Shown here: positions 10,104 through 17,651 of the stretch, piece after piece
Layout of the letters: each line of letters starts with the position of its first letter
Numbering within the stretch: the stretch's first letter is position 1
DNA from: an uncultured Gammaproteobacteria bacterium
GTDB taxonomy: Bacteria > Patescibacteriota > Patescibacteriia > UBA10025 > JAHIVO01
Assembly (NCBI GenBank): GCA_964415025.1
Contig: CAYPXF010000001.1
Location: 78,629-142,628 of the forward strand
Length of the DNA: 64,000 nt
Reading direction: 5' to 3'
Translations under genes and position numbers: made by a program
Notes under the pieces: model-generated
The model's database searches: none
What the model saw: only the letters and a program-made list of their open reading frames with translations
Told to the model about the DNA's origin: nothing

Positions 10104-11903
10104 TTAGCTTTTTGACTTTCTAGTTTTTCCGTACTTCGTAACTGCCCATAAATACATTAATGAATTTTTGATATATGTATTCATATGCATAACAATTTTT
10201 TTGATTGCCATGATATCCTGCACATTATAGGAGCTCTGTTTATTGATCGCCGCTATTACTCCTAATAATTCATTATTTGAAATAACGGGTATCAACAGGG
10301 AAATACTATGGTCAGCCATGGCTTTTTTAATTGCTTGAAAATAATCTTTCGGTATCCCATTTTGATAATATTGTGCATAGCTGGGAATCTCGCTAAATAC
10401 TAATATATTGCCGGTACGCACTAAATATTCTGTCAAATAACTATTATTATTCAGAATTAATGTATCAGCTTCATGAGATGGCATCTGAAAAGAGCTATAT
10501 ACAATTGCTCTTCGAGCTTCATGTTTGAGATACAGCGAGATATGTTCAGCTTTAAGCAAGTGCTGTACCTGGGAAGTAAAAGCATCTAAATCATCAATAA
10601 ATTTATTATAAACGTTACTATGTACTCCCGACGCAGATAACCGCTTGCTGTAGCTATTATCTGTGCTCTGTTCCTGATTCAGAATTATTTCAGCACTAAT
10701 TTTTTTCTGCTTATTTATTTGATGAATATTATTTCGCAGGGGTCTACTGTTTTGTTTTTTTACAATACTATACTGGTGTTTAATTTTTGAAATCATCCCC
10801 TGTCTCAAAGCTTTATTTTGTGCTGGTGTAAAGGTAAATTTTTCATCCAGTTGTTCTGCTGCTTGCGTAAGTAACTTGTTATCAAAATATTTTATTTCAT
10901 CAGCAATCTCATTATTATCTGTCCGTACCAGTGCGACTTCATACCCAGCGCCGACCATTGCCTTATAACTTTCTAGATATACGTTAGCTCCAAAAATATA
11001 TAATTGCGGCTGGGGCGAATCACCCGCCGTAAATGTGAAAGACTTATCAAGAGTGTCATTATCTAAGAATTTTATCAGCTCTTGGAAACGTAACTGCAGT
11101 TCCTTGGCGGAATACCCCATCTGAATTAATAAATTTGACCGAGGCGTCAACATGCATCGCACCGTTATGTTATTTTTAACCAGTTTGCTGATCAGTTTTT
11201 GCTCCCGCTTGCAATAACAAGTTTGCCTGCTATTTGTTGCGACATCTTTATCCGAATGTGAAAAACAGGATAAGCCGGTATGTAATCGAAGTATATTATT
11301 ATGCTGTGACGGTCGTAGTAGCATATCAGCCCCTTTCTGCAACCATGCATATCTTTCTTCTTTCGAATGTATATAAAGCGGATAACGGCCGGTGGGATTC
11401 TTCTCTAGAGCCGTAGTAATAATTGATTTAATACTCTTATCTTTTTCCGCAAAAACTATTTTCCCGTCAAATTCGTCAATTGTTTCTATGAGGGCAGCGG
11501 CAGTTTGTCTGACGATATTACCGCAATAATTAAATCTAGATATTGAATCAAAATTCTGATATTCAGATACTAAATTATTACAAATATAGCTCCCCTTTGT
11601 TGATAAGCGTTTGTCTATTTTCCTGCGAAAAGCAATAATAATTTCCATAAGTTTTGGGGATACGGACTCGTTATCTTCAGCCGGTCCAAATATATGCGCT
11701 AAGATCATTTCGGCTGCCGCGATCGCGCCGCAACAGCGACTGCCATCCAGCCCACCACGCCGCAAACTATGCAGACCAGGGGACATAGAATCAAATGCCT
11801 TGGCTATGGCAATGCTGCATCCATAGTGTTCGCCATCATGATTTCCAAAATAGTAATCCTGTGATTTTTGAATGTATTGTTTGGAAATATTATCGATTGC
11901 CAT
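10104..11903 (-). CDS. C-GCAxxG-C-C family domain fused to a central unknown domain and a C-terminal GAF-like domain
   Basis: GCSIAI..GG..RCCGAIAAA..IC..YC pattern; C-terminus LLIPVISNNELLGVI..YNVQDIMAI..IKNSLMY. Confidence 0.7.
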   Translation of the reverse strand: MAIDNISKQYIQKSQDYYFGNHDGEHYGCSIAIAKAFDSMSPGLHSLRRGGLDGSRCCGAIAAAEMILAHIFGPAEDNESVSPKLMEIIIAFRRKIDKRLSTKGSYICNNLVSEYQNFDSISRFNYCGNIVRQTAAALIETIDEFDGKIVFAEKDKSIKSIITTALEKNPTGRYPLYIHSKEERYAWLQKGADMLLRPSQHNNILRLHTGLSCFSHSDKDVATNSRQTCYCKREQKLISKLVKNNITVRCMLTPRSNLLIQMGYSAKELQLRFQELIKFLDNDTLDKSFTFTAGDSPQPQLYIFGANVYLESYKAMVGAGYEVALVRTDNNEIADEIKYFDNKLLTQAAEQLDEKFTFTPAQNKALRQGMISKIKHQYSIVKKQNSRPLRNNIHQINKQKKISAEIILNQEQSTDNSYSKRLSASGVHSNVYNKFIDDLDAFTSQVQHLLKAEHISLYLKHEARRAIVYSSFQMPSHEADTLILNNNSYLTEYLVRTGNILVFSEIPSYAQYYQNGIPKDYFQAIKKAMADHSISLLIPVISNNELLGVIAAINKQSSYNVQDIMAIKKIVMHMNTYIKNSLMYLWAVTKYGKTRKSKS

Positions 11904-11905
11904 AT

Positions 11906-12499
11906 TTACAATTTATTCCTAAAATTTTCGTCCTTATCCATTAATTCCTCCAGCAGCTGGCGGAGGAAATCAGCTTTTGTTTTCTTAATCTTCTTCGCTT
12001 TCCAGAGGAGGTAACGCTCCATGCGGGGGGTGATGCGCAGGGTGAATTTTATAGTCGGCTTTTGCTTCAGCCCTTTTCCCTCGCTGACCTCATGCAGGAA
12101 ATCCATGACCGTCTGCTCCAGGTCCTGCTTGGTATATTTGGCCAGGCGCATGTATTCGGGCGTGTTTTTCTTGGTCAGGTAGCCGTGGGCGATTTTTTCC
12201 GGGGTGCCTTTTTTATACAGGTAGAGCAACGGCTTTTTCTGGGAAATGGCGTAGGCCAGGAGATAGCCGATTTCCTGGTCCGGCTTGGATGCCTCCACGA
12301 TGATACAGTCCATCTTGTCCAGCAGTATCTCCCCTGACTCCTGCATGCGCTCGAGTTCCTCTTTCTTAAAATCAGTATTATTCTCGTCTGATGAGGCCAC
12401 TACAAATACACCGGCCTGCCGTAGTGTTTCGACGACAGTCTTATAATTCTGGTCGAGTTCGGTGGTAGATATTAATGGTGAGAAAAAGTAAACGCGCAT
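11906..12499 (-). CDS. nucleoside 2-deoxyribosyltransferase-like domain plus C-terminal ribbon-helix-helix; putative regulator
   Basis: VYFFSP..DCIIVEAS..GYLLAYAISQKKPLLYL; KFTLRITPRMERYL..KADFLRQLL. Confidence 0.75.
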   Translation of the reverse strand: MRVYFFSPLISTTELDQNYKTVVETLRQAGVFVVASSDENNTDFKKEELERMQESGEILLDKMDCIIVEASKPDQEIGYLLAYAISQKKPLLYLYKKGTPEKIAHGYLTKKNTPEYMRLAKYTKQDLEQTVMDFLHEVSEGKGLKQKPTIKFTLRITPRMERYLLWKAKKIKKTKADFLRQLLEELMDKDENFRNKL

Positions 12500-12507
12500 T
12501 GTATTCG

Positions 12508-12951
12508 TTATAGTTTAACGGTTTGGGTTTGGCGGCTCGTATCGTCTAACGTTTTCGTTTCACGTCTATTTATAAATTTATCCCAGGCCACAGCTAGTTT
12601 AAATAACTGACGGGCTGACTTATCATACATATCGATAAGTTGGGTACATAAAGTAACCTCAATATGATAAATATCTTTCACTTGCTCAATACTGACAATA
12701 CATTCATTGCTTTCTGCCATAGCATCATCAATATATTTCTGAAATCCTGCTCGTTGATGCTTTTTAGCATATCCTTCAGCGACCAATCGCGGTGCTGCTT
12801 TAGACGACCTGCTGAGCTGATCTTTCAAATCATATCTCTCACTCGTAGGCAATTTTGGGATAATTCTCGTCATCACTAAAATACATGCTTTATATAAATT
12901 TTGATAAACGTCTAAATCTCGAAAGCTTCTGATTTTATTCTTACTATCCAT
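12508..12951 (-). CDS. four helix bundle protein (23S rRNA IVP / bAvd-like)
   Basis: SFRDLDVYQ, LPTSERYDLKDQLSRSS, AEGY, ESNE. Confidence 0.9.
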   Translation of the reverse strand: MDSKNKIRSFRDLDVYQNLYKACILVMTRIIPKLPTSERYDLKDQLSRSSKAAPRLVAEGYAKKHQRAGFQKYIDDAMAESNECIVSIEQVKDIYHIEVTLCTQLIDMYDKSARQLFKLAVAWDKFINRRETKTLDDTSRQTQTVKL

Positions 12952-13043
12952 AATTTTTTAGTGTAATTATTGCTTTTAACACAATACCTTTTAACTATGC
13001 CGATACGAGCTGCAATAACGTTAACCGGATAACGAAACCCTCC

Positions 13044-14054
13044 CTATTTAAAAGGTTCAACTGTATCGTCCTGCCACATAAACATTCTTATCTTACCAAT
13101 ATCGTTCGTCTGCCCGAGCGCCCACATAAACTTCACAAACGTGATTTCAAACGTCATATCATTTATCAAAATATACTCCCGCTTCTTTTTCTTGACGTCC
13201 AGGGCAAAAGGGTTGTGCGCCACGATGGGGATTTGCTGCTGGTAGGCTTTAGCTAATATTGGTTTAAATGAATCAGGAAATAAATTCGTGTTAAAACTTT
13301 TGACAATAACGCCTTGGCACTGATCGGTCAGCATGTTTTCCAGCAGTTCGGGTCTAGCGCCGGGGTAGAGCTGGAGTAAACAGACTTTATCGGCTATTGC
13401 ATGGTTCAGCTGTAATGCGCCTTTGCGCCGTTTACGGGCCCGGCTAAAAAGCTTGATGCCGAAATCGACCTTGCCCAGCATTCCCTCTTTATCAGCGTCG
13501 AAGAAATTAAACGACGGCGTGTCGCCTTTGGCCGTGGCCGTGGCCCGGATCAGCCGATTGCCAAACATAATGGCTACTTCGGACAGATCCATGGTCGCCA
13601 CCTGGATAGCATTGATTAGGTTTGCTTTCACGCCCAGTGATTTGTAGTCAGAGATCAGGCCGGACAAATCCTGCTTGTCAGATTCTGCTACCTCGGCCGA
13701 CAGCGGCGACCCGGTGAAGACTACCGGCTTACCCAAATTCCCCAGCATGAAGTGCATCATGGCCGCGGTATAGATCATGGTGTCCACGCCGTGGATTATC
13801 ACAAATCCGTCGTACTGCTCATACAGCTCCTTGATTTTCTTGCCGAGCGTGACCCACAGTTCGGGCTTGATTTCCGAAGCGTCCTCGCCAAACACAAACA
13901 CCGGCTCGATGTCCGCGATCAGGTTTATTTCAGGCACAGCACTAAGCCACGGCTTGATATCAGCTGGTTTTTGCACAGACAGAACCCGTTTGTCAGCGAT
14001 CAGCGCCGTCCCGCCGCAGAATAGTAATGCTATTTTTTCGTTCGACTTTGGCAT
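13044..14054 (-). CDS. type I asparaginase-like protein with altered active site
   Basis: GGT, YDGFVIIHGVDTM, KPVVFTGS, DMTFE..VKFMWALG. Confidence 0.85.
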   Translation of the reverse strand: MPKSNEKIALLFCGGTALIADKRVLSVQKPADIKPWLSAVPEINLIADIEPVFVFGEDASEIKPELWVTLGKKIKELYEQYDGFVIIHGVDTMIYTAAMMHFMLGNLGKPVVFTGSPLSAEVAESDKQDLSGLISDYKSLGVKANLINAIQVATMDLSEVAIMFGNRLIRATATAKGDTPSFNFFDADKEGMLGKVDFGIKLFSRARKRRKGALQLNHAIADKVCLLQLYPGARPELLENMLTDQCQGVIVKSFNTNLFPDSFKPILAKAYQQQIPIVAHNPFALDVKKKKREYILINDMTFEITFVKFMWALGQTNDIGKIRMFMWQDDTVEPFK

Positions 14055-14104
14055 TTGAAAATATCCAATTCCTTAATATCCAATATCCAATCAATGACTA
14101 ATGC

Positions 14105-14773
14105 TTAATGCTTTTTAGTTATTAAATATAAAATACTTGCCAAAACAAAGAAAGCTGAATATGGACCCATCCAAATTAATTGATAATTCCCTATTAAAGG
14201 TAAAATCAAATTGAAAGTAACACCTATGGAAAAACCAATGATAAACCCTATTGAAATATATTGTAATTGTATCTTATTGACTCCTTCACTTGTCCTGAGC
14301 TTCTTAAACAGTATAACAAAGGAATTAATAATATAAGCTAAAAATACCGCTACATACAAATAGTATGCCTCATTTAAAATAATTATGTTCCCACTATCTG
14401 TTTTTTCCGCGTGGTTGATTAGAACTGATGGCGCTACTATAAGTATAATTAATATTAATGCAGGTATATATAGCAGGAATATTTTTCTTTTATCGATTTT
14501 TAGAGACGGAAATGGATATACTAATGAAAAATAATAAAAAGTTGGCGCAATTAATATCGCTGCGATATAATAGAGCACCGCATAAACTACAGCATAATCC
14601 AAATTGTTGCTTATAATAAATAATCCTAAACCCACACTCCATAATCCCGCAAAAAAGAATAACAGCGCAAATGATAAATTAATATGTGATTTTCGATTTC
14701 TGCCGTAAATGTAGCCGGTAATTACAAAACTTATTGCGGTTATTACAAATAATATTATACTTTTTATTTCCAT
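14105..14773 (-). CDS. stand-alone HisKA_7TM-type membrane domain
   Basis: Seven hydrophobic segments; KIQLQYISIG..NLILP..GP; ends at ITKKH. Confidence 0.85.
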   Translation of the reverse strand: MEIKSIILFVITAISFVITGYIYGRNRKSHINLSFALLFFFAGLWSVGLGLFIISNNLDYAVVYAVLYYIAAILIAPTFYYFSLVYPFPSLKIDKRKIFLLYIPALILIILIVAPSVLINHAEKTDSGNIIILNEAYYLYVAVFLAYIINSFVILFKKLRTSEGVNKIQLQYISIGFIIGFSIGVTFNLILPLIGNYQLIWMGPYSAFFVLASILYLITKKH

Positions 14774-15037
14774 ATTGACTAATAACTAACAACTAACTAC
14801 CAAACAATTATCCAAAAACCAACACCTAAAAACCTATGCTCCATATTTCCCTTATATTATGCGCCGTCGCGGATTAGAGCGCCGTCGCACTTTTACCCTA
14901 CCCTACTGCTCATATTTTCGTCAATATTGCATTATCCACTACTATGTGGAAAACTAACAATAAATTTTAAAAAATTCCTTTATTTAAAGGGCTAATGCAG
15001 TAATATATAAAGCCGCTATTCTATATATACAAAGGAA

Positions 15038-15149
15038 TTGCACATTACGAAAAAACCTCTTATCATAGGATAAAACCAATTGCTGGCTACATCGTGTGTC
15101 AAACAATTACCCCCCTAGTTTCCTGATATGATTCTGGCCGGCATTTTTT
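15038..15149 (+). ncRNA. candidate small RNA unit 1 (including promoter)
   Basis: TTGCAC-N17-TATCAT, then long hairpin TGCTGGCT../..GGCCGGCA + T6. Confidence 0.5.
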
Positions 15150-15179
15150 ATTGCATTATTATACCGATATGATTAGGTG

Positions 15180-15326
15180 TGCTATAGTATAGGTGGTTCT
15201 TCATTCTGGAGTTTTTCATATAGATTCATGGTTTTGTACAAAACCATACCGTACTTTCATTCATACCCCGGCCATAATTCACGATTTCTAGTACCCGACT
15301 TATTTACATTATGGCCGGGTTTTTTT
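15180..15326 (+). ncRNA. candidate small RNA unit 2
   Basis: TGnTATAGT; palindrome ATGGTTTTGTACAAAACCAT; CCGGCCATAAT/ATTATGGCCGG + T7. Confidence 0.5.
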
Positions 15327-15339
15327 ATATGCATATTTT

Positions 15340-15443
15340 TGGTATACTTATTCTGCTCCTTTCTTAAGACAAGTCCCACCTCTTCTTCTTTATTTAATAC
15401 CCTGGTTACTGCTAATACTAAGAGTAGAGGTGGGTATTTTTTT
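15340..15443 (+). ncRNA. candidate small RNA unit 3
   Basis: TGGTATACT; CCCACCTCT/AGAGGTGGG stem + T7. Confidence 0.5.
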
Positions 15444-15458
15444 ATGCACAAAAAGCCC

Positions 15459-15528
15459 TTGACGGCCTGAAAATATTGGGTATAATGCAAATAGAACGAC
15501 CACTGGCCCACGGTGGTTGTTCTTTTTT
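15459..15528 (+). ncRNA. candidate ~37-nt RNA unit 4
   Basis: TTGACG-N16-TATAAT directly followed by AGAACGACCAC/GTGGTTGTTCT + T-run. Confidence 0.5.
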
Positions 15529-15586
15529 AATTTTCCGCCTGAAAATTAAAAAACACTAGGTTATCGAGGTGTGCTATTACCCTATA

Positions 15587-15798
15587 TTGACATGCTTATT
15601 GCCTGGTATACAATAAAACTAGAACCTTCTAATACCCGCTACAATATCCCCCCAATGGGCAAAGCCACATCAAGTCGTAACCAATTTGCTTTTGATCTGA
15701 CAACATTATGAGGGGGAAACATGGACTGCCGTGTCCATGGTCTATTCTGTCAATCCCAGGAAGCATAGCCTACCATTTATGCTGCCTGGGATTTTTTT
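15587..15798 (+). ncRNA. candidate ~180-nt structured RNA unit 5
   Basis: TTGACA-N16-TACAAT; CCCCC/GGGGG domain, CATGGAC/GTCCATG hairpin, ATCCCAGG/CCTGGGAT + T7. Confidence 0.55.
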
Positions 15799-15855
15799 AT
15801 ACACGTGATAACGAAATGAATAAACTCAACTAGCCGGGGGTCTGATAAGTAGTGT

Positions 15856-16060
15856 TTGACATATTCGGCGACTTATTTATACTATTAGAGCAGTGTAATA
15901 TACTGCGATTATACTCCATATCTAACAGCCGGGTCATGCGTGGCCTGGCTGCGAACATCGATCTTTTAATATAAAAATCCTTGATCTGGTTCTGCCCGAT
16001 GTACATACAGGTCTTGTTTTCTCTCAACAACGCCACTCGGTAACGGGTGGCGTCTTTATT
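15856..16060 (+). ncRNA. candidate ~170-nt structured RNA unit 6
   Basis: TTGACA-N16-TATACT; hairpins GCAGTGT/ATACTGC and CAGCCGGG/CCTGGCTG; terminal ACGCCACTCG/CGGGTGGCGT+TTT. Confidence 0.5.
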
Positions 16061-16120
16061 ACAATAAAATATTTGTCATTCCCAAAAATAACCCGCTGCA
16101 TTCATAGTCAAATCAAGCCG

Positions 16121-16182
16121 CCCGCTGCGCGGGAGATTCTTCACCCACGCACCTTCAAAAGGTGCGCGGTTCAGGATGCCAA
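16121..16182 (+). repeat. palindromic interspersed repeat, copy 2
   Basis: Near-identical to 7647-7708. Confidence 0.8.
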
Positions 16183-16220
16183 CAAGGGTAAGGATAGAGT
16201 ACCCACTGACAAATATTTAT

Positions 16221-17510
16221 TTATTTCCAGGCCAACCCCTGGCGGACCAATAGTTCCCCTGCCCGGAGCGGCTCGGCCATGAGCTCCTTCACTATTTTTT
16301 CCATGCGTGCGCCTTGGGAACCCTTTACCAGAACAATATCGCCTTTTTTCATCCGCTGCTGGATAAACTTACCGGCAGATTCTGTATCAGCAAAACTGTA
16401 AACCTGTTCAGTGGCCATACCTGCTTGTCTGGCTCCCTCGGCAATTAGTTTGGCGCGTTCACCTACAGTAACCAGATAATCACACGTAGTAGCGGCTGTT
16501 TCGCCTACTTCACGGTGGCCCTGTTCAGTATACGAACCCAGCTCCAGCATGTCACCGAGCGCGGCAAACTTCTTGCCAGACACCGTCATATCAGCCAAAA
16601 CCTTGAGCGCGGCTCTGGCCGCCATTGGTGATGAATTATAGGAGTCGTCAATTAGTGACGTATGCTTGATGCCGGGTAAGAGCCGCATGCGTCCAGCCGG
16701 CGACTGGTACTGTTTAAGCGCGGCAGAAATATCGGCCAAATTCATATCCATGGCAATACCGACTGCCGCTGCGGCCAAGGCGCTGTATACCTGGTGGGTC
16801 CCCAGGACTGAAGGCAAAAACACCGGCACGGTTGAGCCCTGATACTGCAGCTTAAAACTAATACCTTTTATATCCTGGTCTATCCAGGGATCTGGTGAAT
16901 GGCCGGTAGAAATACTGACTTCCGTAGCTCTAACCTGCGTTTGCTCTGAAAAACCGAACGATACTATCTGCGCTCTGGTCTTTTCCCGGGTTTGAGTAAC
17001 CAGCGAGTCATCAGTATTCAGTACAGCGAAGTCGTCCTTTTTCAATCGGGCGATAATCTGCTGTTTTTCGCGCATGACTTTATCCACACTGCCGAACAGC
17101 TCAGTATGTACCGAGCCGATTGCCGTAATCACACTAATATGGGGTGGCGCGATAGCCGTCAAATAACTTATGTCACCAGGCTTATCAGCGCCCATTTCCA
17201 AAACTAGTACTTCTGGATACTCCTTCTTGGTGAATAAAACCATGCCCGTTGCCCGAAGAAAAATACCTACCCAAATAAATGGATTTTTCCGGCCTGACTC
17301 CATGCCCAGAATAGCCAGCGGCAGGCCGATTTCATTGTTATAGTTGCCGATATTTTTGCCCACTCGATATTTCCCGGATAACACAGTAACTATTGCTTCT
17401 TTAGTAGCTGTTTTGCCTACGCTGCCGGTAATACCAATGATGATGGGTTTATACTTCTGTAAAACCCAGCGGGCGAAGAGCTTTAGTTTCCACTCTATAA
17501 TACGTTTCAT
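16221..17510 (-). CDS. murF: UDP-N-acetylmuramoyl-tripeptide--D-Ala-D-Ala ligase
   Basis: GITGSVGKT, NNEIGLP, DDSYNSSP, LGDMLELG, VKGS. Confidence 0.95.
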   Translation of the reverse strand: MKRIIEWKLKLFARWVLQKYKPIIIGITGSVGKTATKEAIVTVLSGKYRVGKNIGNYNNEIGLPLAILGMESGRKNPFIWVGIFLRATGMVLFTKKEYPEVLVLEMGADKPGDISYLTAIAPPHISVITAIGSVHTELFGSVDKVMREKQQIIARLKKDDFAVLNTDDSLVTQTREKTRAQIVSFGFSEQTQVRATEVSISTGHSPDPWIDQDIKGISFKLQYQGSTVPVFLPSVLGTHQVYSALAAAAVGIAMDMNLADISAALKQYQSPAGRMRLLPGIKHTSLIDDSYNSSPMAARAALKVLADMTVSGKKFAALGDMLELGSYTEQGHREVGETAATTCDYLVTVGERAKLIAEGARQAGMATEQVYSFADTESAGKFIQQRMKKGDIVLVKGSQGARMEKIVKELMAEPLRAGELLVRQGLAWK

Positions 17511-17651
17511 AAATAAATACGTTTCATAAATATCGTTGTCGTTTACGTTGTCGCGGCGCGTACCGTTAATCGGTTACGTTGTACGGCCGATGAAATGAAA
17601 CCGCTAGACTAAACCGATACGAGCCGCGAAACCTAAATCCTCAAACGAAAA

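Noticed and set aside
12508-12951. Diversity-generating retroelement suggested by the Avd-like gene
   Set aside because: No reverse transcriptase ORF and no TR/VR pair with adenine-specific mismatches seen in the window
14780-15030. Replication origin (AT-rich, TTATCCA-like words)
   Set aside because: Only 2-3 imperfect DnaA boxes and no dnaA/dnaN nearby; perfect boxes are scattered singly (21423, 22023, 24075, 39109)
15621-15798. c-di-GMP-I riboswitch, 6S or SRP identity for unit 5
   Set aside because: GGGCAAAGCC is only a partial resemblance; the remaining consensus elements and the 6S rod shape are not evident
15177-16036. Short ORFs 15177..15470, 15257..15511 and 15830..16036
   Set aside because: They run through promoters and terminators, lack an RBS and motifs; the YIGQ of the last is too little for a GIY-YIG call
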